A stretch of 64,000 nucleotides of DNA from assembly GCA_965223425.1 (NCBI GenBank), contig OZ245003.1, positions 832,001 to 896,000 of the forward strand, in the 5' to 3' direction. The stretch is from Nitrosopumilus sp. GTDB lineage: Archaea > Thermoproteota > Nitrososphaeria > Nitrososphaerales > Nitrosopumilaceae. Position numbers and translations under genes: made by a program. This document shows, one piece after another, positions 42,465-53,800 of this stretch (position 1 is the first letter of the stretch; every line of letters begins with the position of its first letter). The notes beneath the pieces were generated by a model. The model saw nothing but the letters and a program-made list of their open reading frames with translations, did not search any database and was not told the DNA's origin.

Positions 42465-43631
42465 TCACATCTTGATATTCCCAAGCTTTTGTACTGCATC
42501 AAGTATTTCCCATGCACCAAATTCTGCCTCGTTATCCGCCTCGGTGTATCTGCCCACACCAATTCTGATTGATGAGTGGGCCCTCTCCTCCCCATAGCCT
42601 AGTGCCATTATCACGTGTGATGGTTCCACACTCTGGGTAGTACAGGCAGAGCCGGCAGATATGGCAATGCGGTCAGATACAGAATTTATTATTGCTTTGC
42701 CTTCAATTCCCTCAAAGTACAGATTCAGATTTCCAGCCAGTCGATGAACATCATCGCCATTAAGCTGTGCATTGGCCTCATCCAATATTTCAAGCATCTT
42801 GTTTGTCATGTGATTTTGCCGGATATACTCCGAATGCATGGATGTCACGGCAATATCGATTGCCTTGCCAAATCCAACTATTCCTGGAACATTCAGGGTT
42901 CCAGAACGCAGCTGCCTCTCCTGCCCCCCACCATGAATTATTCCGCTCAGTTTCACACGTGGTTTTATTCCTCGGACATACAGCGCCCCTATTCCCTTGG
43001 GTCCATACATCTTGTGTGCAGAAAAGGACATCAGATCAATGTTCATTTTTTTGACATCTATTGGAATGTTCCCTACCGCCTGGGCCGCATCAGTATGAAA
43101 CAGAATCTCCTTTTCATGTGCAATTTTGCCAATATTCTCAATGTCCTGAATTGTTCCAATCTCATTGTTTGCAGCCATTATGGATATCAGTACTGTGTCA
43201 TTTGTAATTGCATCTTCCAAAGAATTCATATCAATCCTCCCAAGATTATCCACAGGAAGATACGTCACTTTTTTACCACATCGCTCCAGATATCGTGCAG
43301 TCTCCAAGACGGCTTCGTGCTCTGTAACACACGTGATTAGATGATTGCCTTTTTCCTTATAGCTATCCATTACCCCACGCAGTGCAAGATTGTTAGATTC
43401 GGTTGCACCACTAGTAAAGATAATCTCATCACTTCCGGCACCTATTCCATCTGCAATTGTACGTCTGGCAGTCTCCACGGCAGCTTGTGCCTCACTTCCA
43501 TGTCTGTGATCAATGCTTGATGCATTTCCAAATTTTTCCATAAAATATGGCTCCATGGCATCAAAGACCCGCGGATCAAGTGGCGTTGTAGCATTGTGAT
43601 CAAGGTATACGATCTGATCCAGCTTTAACAA
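42465..43631 (-). CDS. dndA: Cysteine desulfurase DndA/IscS
   Basis: YLDHNATT, SAHKMYGPKG (PLP lysine), SAGSAC (catalytic Cys). Confidence 0.93.
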   Translation of the reverse strand: MLKLDQIVYLDHNATTPLDPRVFDAMEPYFMEKFGNASSIDHRHGSEAQAAVETARRTIADGIGAGSDEIIFTSGATESNNLALRGVMDSYKEKGNHLITCVTEHEAVLETARYLERCGKKVTYLPVDNLGRIDMNSLEDAITNDTVLISIMAANNEIGTIQDIENIGKIAHEKEILFHTDAAQAVGNIPIDVKKMNIDLMSFSAHKMYGPKGIGALYVRGIKPRVKLSGIIHGGGQERQLRSGTLNVPGIVGFGKAIDIAVTSMHSEYIRQNHMTNKMLEILDEANAQLNGDDVHRLAGNLNLYFEGIEGKAIINSVSDRIAISAGSACTTQSVEPSHVIMALGYGEERAHSSIRIGVGRYTEADNEAEFGAWEILDAVQKLGNIKM

Positions 43632-44003
43632 CTAGTGCCTCTCCTGCTCTATTACGTGATAAAAGTCAGAAATATCCTGTATCCTTGCAGACAGCGCAAT
43701 GACTCCTCGATTAAAGTGTGCCCGCAACATCTTGTTGAGATAAAGCTCCGGGTCTAGTCCGTCTTTTTTGAGACGATATATCATAAGCGTCATAAACATG
43801 TCTTCGTATTCTCCAAAAAGCGTAGAGGGGTACATCTCAGAGCCTCTTTCATCAAACTCTTCAGGGTTTGGAGGCGATGGATCCTGCAGTGACAGACAAA
43901 TTGCAAATCTTCCTGCAATGTTTGGCGTCACTCCGGTTTTTCTTTTTACCATTCCAAGATTGTTCTGTGAGCGTAAACTCATATGCAATCGATTAAAACG
44001 CAA
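43632..44003 (-). CDS. dndE: DndE
   Basis: KRKTGVTPNIAGRFAICLSL...RAHFNRG; probable TTG start overlapping the dndD stop. Confidence 0.88.
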   Translation of the reverse strand: MRFNRLHMSLRSQNNLGMVKRKTGVTPNIAGRFAICLSLQDPSPPNPEEFDERGSEMYPSTLFGEYEDMFMTLMIYRLKKDGLDPELYLNKMLRAHFNRGVIALSARIQDISDFYHVIEQERH

Positions 44004-46026
44004 CAATCTTTTCACCTTTCTTGTTCCAAAAGTATACATCGTGTTTTTTTGTGGCTCCGTCTCCATGAATATACTCCATTGCGTACGAGTGTGACATGTA
44101 CGGCTTTAATTTTTCATAGTGTTCATATTCAATCTCCTTGTCAGTTGAAAATATCAGAATCTGATGTGATGCAAATGGAAAGAATTTTTCAACTATATTT
44201 GTCCTGTGGCTTTCATCTAATCTTGCAAGTGGCGTATCTATCATAAACGGCAAGGGCCTGCCAGATGTTTTAGCAAGTGCCCACAGTATGGCAGTTGCAA
44301 ACATTTGTTTTTCACCCTCAGACAGTATGTCTTTTGGGAGCGGATCATTGTTTTTCCTGTATAGTGTGACCTCAAAGGTCTCTGGGTTTATGACGATTTT
44401 TTCGATAAAGTCCTGTTTGTGTAACAAAGTATGCAGAGCATCTAATGTGTATTGTTCCAAAAGATGTATTTTTTTTGCCTTTAGGTTTTCAACAAATTCT
44501 TCTAGTACGGCCTGCATCTTTTGTGTGAGCTCTACACTAGTCTTTGCTTTATCATCACGATACATTTGTGCCACAATCTCACGTATGTTTACATCGATAT
44601 GGCTATTCATTGCCATAGCTGATGATATTTGTTCTTCAATATGGTTCATCTCGGCTCGAAGTTCTCCGACAAATTTGTTTGCCTTGCCAATCTTTGACAT
44701 TAACGGCCCTATTTCATCATCATCTGGTGCACGTGCTATGATTGAATGTAATTCTGAAATTTCCTCAGATAAAATACCAATATTTTCTGCTTCTTTTTTA
44801 AAATTATCTAGCATGATATCTGATGCTTTAACTGTCTGGTGTATCTCAGATGTCTGTTGCTGTGACAATCCAAACATCACCTCTTGACTGCCTGAATCCG
44901 CATCGTCTTTAATTAATTCAGATATTTTCTCTCTAATGTGCTGACGTGTATGTTTTTCCACATCAAACTCACTCCAAAATTCCTCCTTTTGTAGAATGGT
45001 ATCAACCTTGCCTGCTGTTATCTTGAGTATTTTGGCTCTATCCCTGTCACGTTGATTGATAGTGTCATGCATTATTTGTCCACTAACTGCATCAAGTATG
45101 TCAGAAATGAGACAAAATGGAGTAGGACCTGCACACATCTCCTGCATTCTTTTTTTGGTTATCTCGTATGTTTCAGTCTTTACTGTAAGCTGTGTTTTTG
45201 CATCATCACGTTTGTCTGCATATCCACCGCCTAGCTTTGATATCTTTTTCTCCATAGCTTCTATGCCCATTTCATTAGAGTCAAGCTCGTTTTGCTTTTG
45301 TGCTAATCTCTCTTGCAGTCGTCCTACAAGATTCAAATTCTCTTCTTTTTCTGCCTTGAGTTTTTCAAAGCGTTCTTGTAGTGACTTGCCTCCACTTGTA
45401 AGGTGTCTTACAAGATTTACCTGCAAATCTGTTTTAAGCTGCTCTACAAGCTCGATTCCAAGAAGCGATTTAAATGAATCACGTATTGCAAGATCTTCTT
45501 TTCCTTCTTTTGCAATTTTTACTATCTTTTCACCATCAAAAAAGAACAGTTTTACTATTCCTCGTGGAATGAGGTCTTCAACAAATGACTGCCATTGGGA
45601 TTCTTCTACCATGTCTAGCGGTTCAAATTCATCGTCATCAGCATGACGTTTTTTTATTACAAGATTCTCCTCTACGTCATCATTATCATTAGTCCATGTT
45701 CTGGCCACACGATATTCTGTCTCTTTTCTGTTATGAGAGAATTTGAACTGTACTACAATCGATGCATAATCTGCAGATGTGGCGCTGTTTAGATAACGGT
45801 GAACTTTTCTTGCAAGAAACTTGTGATATGTCTTTTGTGTGGTTTTTTTGCCCATAGTAGACATTCCGTAAAGGCACAACATTATGGACTCAAATAAGGT
45901 AGTCTTGCCGGCACCGTTTGTACCCCCAATTAATACCACCGGTTTTTCATCAGTGCAAGAAAAATCAAATTCATTTTTGCCTTTATACACTCCGTAATCT
46001 TGCAATATTACCTTGGTTAAGATCAT
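43993..46026 (-). CDS. dndD: DndD SMC-like ATPase
   Basis: GGTNGAGKTT, FFFDGE, LSEGEK, IDTPLARLD and STDKEI motifs. Confidence 0.93.
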   Translation of the reverse strand: MILTKVILQDYGVYKGKNEFDFSCTDEKPVVLIGGTNGAGKTTLFESIMLCLYGMSTMGKKTTQKTYHKFLARKVHRYLNSATSADYASIVVQFKFSHNRKETEYRVARTWTNDNDDVEENLVIKKRHADDDEFEPLDMVEESQWQSFVEDLIPRGIVKLFFFDGEKIVKIAKEGKEDLAIRDSFKSLLGIELVEQLKTDLQVNLVRHLTSGGKSLQERFEKLKAEKEENLNLVGRLQERLAQKQNELDSNEMGIEAMEKKISKLGGGYADKRDDAKTQLTVKTETYEITKKRMQEMCAGPTPFCLISDILDAVSGQIMHDTINQRDRDRAKILKITAGKVDTILQKEEFWSEFDVEKHTRQHIREKISELIKDDADSGSQEVMFGLSQQQTSEIHQTVKASDIMLDNFKKEAENIGILSEEISELHSIIARAPDDDEIGPLMSKIGKANKFVGELRAEMNHIEEQISSAMAMNSHIDVNIREIVAQMYRDDKAKTSVELTQKMQAVLEEFVENLKAKKIHLLEQYTLDALHTLLHKQDFIEKIVINPETFEVTLYRKNNDPLPKDILSEGEKQMFATAILWALAKTSGRPLPFMIDTPLARLDESHRTNIVEKFFPFASHQILIFSTDKEIEYEHYEKLKPYMSHSYAMEYIHGDGATKKHDVYFWNKKGEKIVAF

Positions 46027-47528
46027 CTCTTGCCGTACTCCTTTTCTTTCTGTTTTTTATCCCGAAGGTCTTTGACTACGGCATCAAGATCATCGCGCCA
46101 TTCCTCTGACAATATTTTGTTTATCTTTGGGTAAATCTTTGAATGTCTAGACATGCCCTGTGACTCGTATTCGGCATTTAGCAATTTTGATACCAAAAGT
46201 TGCGGTACGTCATTTTTTGCACAAATTTTCTCCAGTGTATCTTGTTCTATCTTGCCAAATCCAGCAAGATCCTCCTGTCTGTATTCAAGTTTTTCACCTG
46301 TAATGTTTTCAAATATCTGATATGCCGTATTTTTCCAATCACCTCGCTCCATCCTCCATATTCGCTGAATTTCATGCAATTCATCTTCGGTTATAAGATT
46401 CATGTGTGGATCTGGCCCGTTTTGTCGCACTTTGTTTTGCGCCTTTAGCAGTTTTTCTAAAAATTCAATGCAAAATTCCAAAGTATATGGACCCGGAACC
46501 AGTATAGAGTATGGGTCAGACATATCGTCACCTCTAGTTGAATTCATCTTTGATTCCCGCATGTGTTTCTCAAAGCCTGCCCTGACATCATCGCTGATTA
46601 ATTTCATCTGTCCTATTCTCCTTTTGAGGCTCCTGACATGTCTGCGCTTTGCGGGATCCTGTGTTTCCTTGAGATCCTCACGCAGTTCCAGCAGTGGCTC
46701 CATCCAGTCCTCACCGTTTTCAATTGTATTTTGCAGGGATGTGTCCTTGTCTACTACCGTGCATGTCCAACATCCGAATCTACTGTTTCCACATGAAGGC
46801 GTACTGGTGTCTACAACCAACGGACACTCTGATGAGTTGGCGTTTTGATATAGTGACAGCAAATCACGGTTGTTTGCACCCCACGGATTTTTGTTTTGGA
46901 GAAGATAGTTCCACACGTCTTTTGTGATAAAGTCTCGCAGGGGCGTATACACATAGGTCTGGGCAAATTTTGAGTGACGTGATAGTAAGCTGTCTTTTAT
47001 CTCGTACAGGTTCATGAGCTGCTGGCGCGAGCCGCTCTCATCCTTTCTTGTTCCAAGAACGACGATTGCCTCACCATACTGCGATATCTTCTCTTGGATG
47101 AACCTGTCTGCATTTCGTATCTTGAGTCTCTCAGTGCACCATCGAAAGAGGTTGCTTGGAGCGGGAAATCCCTTTCCCAAAAGGCAGACCCAGAAGGTAT
47201 CCTCGACTACGGGCCTTACCAGATTTGTCGATACTGGAAAGTGGGTCTTTTTTGAGGCATTCTCCATCATGTCCAGTGTGCTTGTTATCTGCTCTACAAC
47301 CTTGGGTGATTCCACCAATGTATCTGAGGATATTATGAATATTTTTTTGTGAAGCTTCTCGGCGGGAAGTTCTGATAGTGCATTCCAGATCATCTGCACC
47401 ATGCATGTAGAGTCCTTGCCACCGCTGAATCCCATTATCCAGGGCCTATTGTCCCCTAGGTAAACCTGTCTTATCTCATCATAGATATCGTTTAGCTTGC
47501 GTGTTTTGAAGATGGATTCGGCAGTCAC
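46023..47528 (-). CDS. dndC: DndC sulfurtransferase (PAPS-reductase fold)
   Basis: SGGKDS, RWCTERLKI, ECPLVVD, SCGNSRFGCWTCT motifs. Confidence 0.95.
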   Translation of the reverse strand: MTAESIFKTRKLNDIYDEIRQVYLGDNRPWIMGFSGGKDSTCMVQMIWNALSELPAEKLHKKIFIISSDTLVESPKVVEQITSTLDMMENASKKTHFPVSTNLVRPVVEDTFWVCLLGKGFPAPSNLFRWCTERLKIRNADRFIQEKISQYGEAIVVLGTRKDESGSRQQLMNLYEIKDSLLSRHSKFAQTYVYTPLRDFITKDVWNYLLQNKNPWGANNRDLLSLYQNANSSECPLVVDTSTPSCGNSRFGCWTCTVVDKDTSLQNTIENGEDWMEPLLELREDLKETQDPAKRRHVRSLKRRIGQMKLISDDVRAGFEKHMRESKMNSTRGDDMSDPYSILVPGPYTLEFCIEFLEKLLKAQNKVRQNGPDPHMNLITEDELHEIQRIWRMERGDWKNTAYQIFENITGEKLEYRQEDLAGFGKIEQDTLEKICAKNDVPQLLVSKLLNAEYESQGMSRHSKIYPKINKILSEEWRDDLDAVVKDLRDKKQKEKEYGKR

Positions 47529-48589
47529 TTGCGAGCTACCTCGTCTACTGTTTTGTTTATTCCAAGTTGTGAAAGGACTTCATTTGCTGCCCTCTTTATG
47601 CCCAGTCTGTTTTTTAGCATCTTGCCATCCATTACTACCTTATCTTCCCATATGGGGTTGTTCTTTTTCCAATCTATCTTCTGCAAGCCTTTTAGCTTTT
47701 CCTTCCAGTTGGAATTTTGTACAAGTACATGGCCTACTATCCCCAATGCAGTCAGAACATTTGTATGTGCATGAATGTATTGTTCACGTAGATTTTCTGG
47801 TTTTAGTTTATTTTGCATTAAAAGATTCCATTCAGGAATATTCTTTGATACATGATCCCAGTATTCTACTGCTAACTTTTGTTTTTCCTCATCTAATGAT
47901 TTTGTTTTGAGTTTCAAAAAATGTCGTGTGGCTTCTGCAACACCGTTTAATGTAAAAAAGTTACTAGAACGCTTTCCCACGTTTGTACGCTCCATCTCAG
48001 TTCTGTTATAAAATATATCTAAATCCTTTACCATTGTTACAATAAATCGTGCAAAAGTATCTCTGTGGTCATACAACAAACCAAGTGATTTTGTTGGTTT
48101 GACTGCATGCTTGTTCAAATCAGCAAATAATTGCTGACTGCGTTTTAGTCCACGATCCTCAAAGATAACTACAGGAATTCTTTCATTTCTAAGATTAACG
48201 TTTTCCTCATATGCTTTTTTTATTGCAGCACATCTGTGTTGTCCGTCATTGACTAAGATTGCAGCATCAAGTGGTACCGCTAATACTCCTGCCTTTGCGT
48301 CAGAACCCAATCCAGGATATGGGTTGAATTTTAATTTAGAATTAACTGAAACTGTAATGGGGGCAATAACATAATCATCTGGATTAGAAACAATGTAATT
48401 GACTATCTTTGGAATTCTCGGTTCTCTTAGCTTACGTTGTGCTTTTTGTTCTGCAGTAATTTGGGGGTCATTGGGATAAACAAAATATTTGCTAATGGTA
48501 GCAAATGTACACATTGTAACATAATATTCTCTTTTTGCTTGAGTTCCACGAATTACATCAAATGGTACTGCTTCCACATTATCTTGCAT
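47525..48589 (-). CDS. dndB: DndB (DGQHR domain), intact
   Basis: NDGQHR and QQLFADLN motifs; probable start MQDNVE at 48589. Confidence 0.92.
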   Translation of the reverse strand: MQDNVEAVPFDVIRGTQAKREYYVTMCTFATISKYFVYPNDPQITAEQKAQRKLREPRIPKIVNYIVSNPDDYVIAPITVSVNSKLKFNPYPGLGSDAKAGVLAVPLDAAILVNDGQHRCAAIKKAYEENVNLRNERIPVVIFEDRGLKRSQQLFADLNKHAVKPTKSLGLLYDHRDTFARFIVTMVKDLDIFYNRTEMERTNVGKRSSNFFTLNGVAEATRHFLKLKTKSLDEEKQKLAVEYWDHVSKNIPEWNLLMQNKLKPENLREQYIHAHTNVLTALGIVGHVLVQNSNWKEKLKGLQKIDWKKNNPIWEDKVVMDGKMLKNRLGIKRAANEVLSQLGINKTVDEVARK

Positions 48590-48789
48590 AATTATTCTAT
48601 TAGACCCTATATTATAAAGGGTTGTACGCAAGTTATAATTTAGGCACGAATTTTAGCAAAAAACATCATTTTTGGGCAAAAATATCACATAATTTGCACC
48701 ACGACATGAAATTGCATCTGATTTGCAATACACGTCATCGTATTATTTGACATCAATAAAAACAGTTTTTGATCACAAATTTAGTAAGA

Positions 48790-49003
48790 ATCAATTCGAT
48801 TTTCCTCTTTTATCGATATTAATATTGCATTGATCTCTAAGATAATTCCTATACTTTTCATGTGCGTCATGACACTCTCTGCATAATTCTACTTTTGGGG
48901 TTCGGCCCTAGCCGTCAAGATATTCTACGACATGATGCTCTGTCAACTCAACTCCTGTTTTGTTGCACACACCGCACTTTCCTACACGATAGGTTTCATT
49001 CAT
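48790..49003 (-). pseudogene. Small HNH protein pseudogene
   Basis: KCG(V/fs)CNKTGVELTEHHV...*...LCRECHDAH, with a frameshift and an internal stop. Confidence 0.55.
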
Positions 49004-49054
49004 GGCAAACAATACACTTGAGACACGTATTAATGTAAATAAAAAATATTTTGA

Positions 49055-49924
49055 CTAATTTCTAACTTCCAACAATCTCTTCTTCCACTTTAGATATTTT
49101 GGCTCTGGCGGATATCTTGCTGTCTCTTTTATCTTCAATTCCTCTGGAATATGTTCAAGCCAAGACTTTACAATACGCTCTCTTTGGTCACGCAAATATT
49201 CAGATACTGTTATTCCAAGATCAGATTCAAGCATTATGGAGCCTTTCTCAAAGGCAACATCACAAAACCTACACAACAACAATCCATTTGAGGGATTCAT
49301 TGCGTTTTCTGCCTCCTCTATTCTCATTGTGGAATATGGAACAATATGTGCGCCTATCATGTATTCAGGAATTTTAAATCCACAAAAAGCACACTTGCTA
49401 TATTCTTTGAAAAGTTCCTCCCGGAAAGCATTTTGTTTCTGTCTGACATAGACCATAGACATTTCGCCTTTTGAGTGAAAATTTTTCTCTTTTATCTCCT
49501 GACTGACTTTACTGTACACAAACTTGTCAAGTTTTGTCTTGTCAAGACGCCATATCCCCATTCCAGTATTACTCTTCTTTATTACACGCCAGTCAATAAG
49601 TACATCTTTTCTGCGCAATTCTCCAACCACATTTGCTATTGCCTTGTAAAGTTCATTTTTCTCCTTGTCTGATCCATAATCTTCCAACTTGAGATTGAGC
49701 TTCATTGCCACAAATTCGTCAAGCCATGGTTTAGTGTGCCAGATTGGATTGTCTTTTAATTCTTTATGCTTGGGATTATCTAGGATTTTTCTCTTTTCAT
49801 AATTTTCTATCTTGGATATGGACATGCCTATTTCATTGAGGCCCTCCCAGACAAACCTCTCCAAGCCTGTAAACTCGGGATGTTTGGTGTATTTGTGAGG
49901 TTTGTATGGAGGGAGCTTGGACAT
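49055..49924 (-). CDS. HNH endonuclease (putative restriction endonuclease)
   Basis: RQKQNAFR, CAFCG, GAHIVP, NGLLLCRFCDVAF motifs. Confidence 0.82.
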   Translation of the reverse strand: MSKLPPYKPHKYTKHPEFTGLERFVWEGLNEIGMSISKIENYEKRKILDNPKHKELKDNPIWHTKPWLDEFVAMKLNLKLEDYGSDKEKNELYKAIANVVGELRRKDVLIDWRVIKKSNTGMGIWRLDKTKLDKFVYSKVSQEIKEKNFHSKGEMSMVYVRQKQNAFREELFKEYSKCAFCGFKIPEYMIGAHIVPYSTMRIEEAENAMNPSNGLLLCRFCDVAFEKGSIMLESDLGITVSEYLRDQRERIVKSWLEHIPEELKIKETARYPPEPKYLKWKKRLLEVRN

Positions 49925-50214
49925 TAGATTCTAGTCTAACAGAATTAACATGGATTGATAAAGTTAATCATAAAACTCTTAAAGGAAATTTTGAATGATG
50001 TGACAGGAATCAAATAATTACATGAACGTCAAATAATTGAGGGTATTTAATATTTCCCTATCTATCCTATCACGAATAGTATTGGTATAGGAATTATTTT
50101 TGTCTTTTCTGGAATTTTAAAGAATTTTACATTTGAGCCCCCTGACACATGGAAAATTTGATGATTAATTTGAGCCCCCTTTGATCATAATTTTTTCAAA
50201 ATAGATTATACATG

Positions 50215-50345
50215 GGTAACCGGGCTGGTAACAGCCCGGTGTTAGTTCTAGTACAAGGACTTCCGATAGGAAGTCTTTGGAAAAAAGATGTTGAGTTACT
50301 GAAATCAAACTCGTCGAGTTCGTTTTTGTGAGGTAAATGCGAGTT
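50215..50345 (+). ncRNA. Candidate structured non-coding element, copy B
   Basis: Hairpins ACCGGGCTG-gtaa-CAGCCCGGT and GGACTTCC-gata-GGAAGTCT; homologous to 3501-3592. Confidence 0.45.
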
Positions 50346-50379
50346 GAAAATTTGAGTGTGGCAGGCGAGACGTATTTCA

Positions 50380-50518
50380 AAAGTGCATTTAGTGCATTAA
50401 AAAAATGCATTTAGTGCACTTCAAAAAGTGCATTTAGTACATTTAGTACATTAAAAAAATACACTAAGTGCATTTAGTGCACTTCAAAAAGTGCATTTAG
50501 TACATTTAGTGCATTTAT
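50380..50518. repeat. Iteron/centromere-like array of CATTTAGT
   Basis: Seven CATTTAGT copies; a block of about 42 bp duplicated at 50406 and 50469. Confidence 0.85.
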
Positions 50519-50548
50519 GACCTTAAATTATTCTGAGATTGTGTCAAT

Positions 50549-50851
50549 ATGGATTCGGAAAAAATACTTGAACGACAAGTACAACGAAGACAGTGTTCTT
50601 ACGTTTTGACCATACCTCCTTCAGTGATCAAGATTCTAAAGGTCAAAGAAGGTCAAAATGTGAGATTTTATCCTCGTAACGACACAGTGACAATTAAAGC
50701 CGCAAACAAGGAATTGACAAAAAAAGATCTAAGTGACATAGAAAAATTCGAAAAGATCCTTGATAAAATGATGGAAGAAGACGAACCAGAGCAAAAGAAA
50801 CCTGAAAAACATCCAGAGATAAGCGATTTGGAAAAACTACGAATCAAATAA
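50549..50851 (+). CDS. AbrB/MazE-type DNA-binding protein
   Basis: RQVQRRQCSYVLTIPPSVIKILKVKEGQNVRF swapped-hairpin motif. Confidence 0.8.
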   Translation: MDSEKILERQVQRRQCSYVLTIPPSVIKILKVKEGQNVRFYPRNDTVTIKAANKELTKKDLSDIEKFEKILDKMMEEDEPEQKKPEKHPEISDLEKLRIK

Positions 50852-53800
50852 CTCCTACCTTTACACCTTTTTTTTCTTTATCTTCAAGGGCATCATGGAT
50901 TTCCTGAATCTTGGAATTTTTAGACCATACATGACATTTCTCAAATCCCATGTCTTTCCACTTTATCATGTTGTATCTGACATGCTCCCGATGACTGTTC
51001 ACTTCACTTATTGACTCCAACTCTACGCTGATTGGGATCTGGGAAGCATAGTCATAAACGACCAAGTCAGTCCTGTCCTGACCCTTGCGAATCTTTTGTG
51101 TAGCCATTGTAACGAACATCTCTTTTTTGAGATAGACATCAATTGCGGCCTTTGTTACCTCTTCGATGTCTGCAGCCGATCCTATCTCTGTCACATCATA
51201 GTCAAAATAGTCCTCTCGTGCCTTCTCTGTCAGGGCATATGGAGACATTCGAGTATCGTCTGTTCTTTTTAGAATTTTATCAGAGATCATCTGCTTTAGG
51301 ACGGCAAGCACTTCTGACCTGTTCTGAACCTTTAGCATGTCTACCATGTCTGCCTGCCTCATCTCTCTTTCTCTTAGCATGAGCATAATCTTCCACTCCA
51401 TCTGGGATGGAAACGGCACTGAAATGTTTTGTATCCATTTGCTTTTTTTGGCACTCATCTGCCTTGTGGCCGTATCCTCGACTTTGCCGCTGCCATACTT
51501 TTCTAGCTGACCTAGCACAAACTCGTCATAATCCTCGTCTACGGTAAGCAGGGCAGGCGGCTGATTCAGCCAGAACTGTACGGGTGGCGGCTGCTCCTCT
51601 CCAGGCGGCGCCTTTTCCCGTATGGTCCAATGAAAGTATTCCTGACTGGCAAACTGTTGCATGAGCTCCTTTTGAAACTGTGGATCCCATATCTGTGCAA
51701 TTCTGGCGGCATCCTTGCCGTTCACCTTCCCAATTAGCTGCGTTCCAGAGTTTCCTGTAATTATTCCAAGCTGCTTGTCACTGATCTGCTCAGTAGTCTG
51801 GTGTGATAGAATCAATCCCAGCCCTAAAGACCGCGCCTGCTCCAGCATAAGCTGTAAGACCTGTAAATCCTTGACTATCTGAAACTCGTCTAATGCCAGA
51901 ACAACCTGCGTTCTGTCTTTTTCATCTTGAACCTTGTTTGCCCGCTCTTGTATGGTAAACCACAGTTTCAGAATAAACGCCTGCATGGCAAGCGGCTGTA
52001 CGTGCTGTGGCATGTTAAGCGGGGATATTCGAACTACAGTATACCTTCCTGCCCGTATTATCTCATCAAAGTTTACAGTTCCTTTTCTTACAGAGAACAT
52101 TCTTTTGAGTACCGGGTCAGTAGCAAACTGCTCTATCCTGTTCAGTAGCGGCGTAAAGGCATCGCCCTTGAGCGTGGCAATACTGGTCAGTGCCTGCCTC
52201 ATCTCAGGATCCGGCGTGCCAAATGTCTGAATGATTTGTGGCAGGGCATCGTTTCCCCTGTCTTGTAGCTTTAGAATAATATCGTGAATGTCCAAAAACG
52301 TGGGCGCATCATGCTTCATGTAGATGTAAAACAGCAAGGCCCGAAATATCCTCTCCATCTGCACATATCTTGCAGACTGCTGGTACCATTCTTCTATCGT
52401 CTTCATAAAGTATCCGACATATCGGGATACTGTCTCCTCGCGCTCCTTTGACTGATATGCCGGAAGCTCTAGCGGGTTTATCGAGAATTTAGTCTCTTGC
52501 GGATCCAAAAAGTGTACCCGGCCACCTGATATGGTGTCCGGTTCGCACTGCTTGATGAATTTGTGAGAGTCATCGCCCTTTGGGTCCACATAGACAAACG
52601 CGTTTGCAAACTTGCCGTTGTTGTTCCAGGATTCCAAATGCTTTGCAAACAGCCTGATCAGCGAGGTCTTGCCGGAGCCTGATGCCCCAACCCCATAGAA
52701 GTGGTTTGCAAAGTCAGTAGGGGAGATGACTGCAGCATCAATGTCTTTTGATTTTTCTATATTGCCCCAGATTGACTGCCAGTCAAAGTCTTTTTTGATC
52801 TTGAAGAATCCGATGTTGGCCCCTGCCTTTTGTGATGGCTTTACTGGCAGTGATACGCCTCTGGTGGTTCCTATGTTTGGTGTGGTTGGATTTGGCAGGT
52901 GGATAAACAGCGGTATCTCTGAGAGGTTCAGTATAAGAAATGGTAATGGCCCCCTTTCACGATAGCTAAACAATCCCCTCTCAAAGTATTTGCCAACTGC
53001 TGAATCCAAAAATGGTCTTGGGTCTGGCAGCAATCGGGACTCAAATACCTCCAGCCTGCAATGTTTCTCCTTTCTGCCCTCAATCTTGATTGATGTCTTT
53101 TTGGGATTTTCGTGATTAAACTCGTCATAGTCGTACCGAAACTTTGTTAGGTGCTCATGGCTTGAGTGTATGTTCTCTATGGGCAGCGCCTCTATCTCAT
53201 CAAAGTGCAAGTCAAGATCAGAATCGCTCTTTATCAGACCGCGTATGCTCATCAAAAGATGCGCGCTCTGCATCTTGAGTGTGGCATGTTTTTGCAAACC
53301 TCCATAGTTGTTTGTAAAGTCGTATCCCAGTTCTGGATGCTCGTGTGGTTTTTTGTCCGGGTGCAGCAGAATCTCTGACGTGTTAAGGTAGTTTCCCCGC
53401 TTTATCTCGCGTGCCTTCTCATCCAGTCTTGTTACGTGCTTTCGCAAAAACGCGTTAAAGGAGTAATACCGGAACGTAAACTGTATCCATGCATACTTTG
53501 ATAACTGTATTGTATTTGCAATCTGCGTTATTATCTGGTGGGATTTTGTCTGATCAAATACGGCAGTGTAATGGCCGTGATATGTGCCGACATCAAATAT
53601 CTGATACTGGGATTTTTTGTCAAACCATTCTGGTGATGTACTGGACAGATCAGTAAACGCCGCGTTTGGATACATGTTTGCAAAGGCCTGCTTGAAGTTT
53701 GAGATGTCTTTGGCCTCGCCAACTAGGACAAACTGCAGGCTTTTTTCTGTGCTGTCCCACCACAGCTCAAAGCTCCTGATTCCTGCGTTTACTAGGCCGC

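Noticed and set aside
42461-42595. Long N-terminus of the HNH ORF
   Set aside because: Overlaps dndA by about 130 bp; the ATG at 42460 is more plausible.
50380-50518. Possible CRISPR array
   Set aside because: Units are 8-9 bp with no unique spacers, and no cas genes are present.
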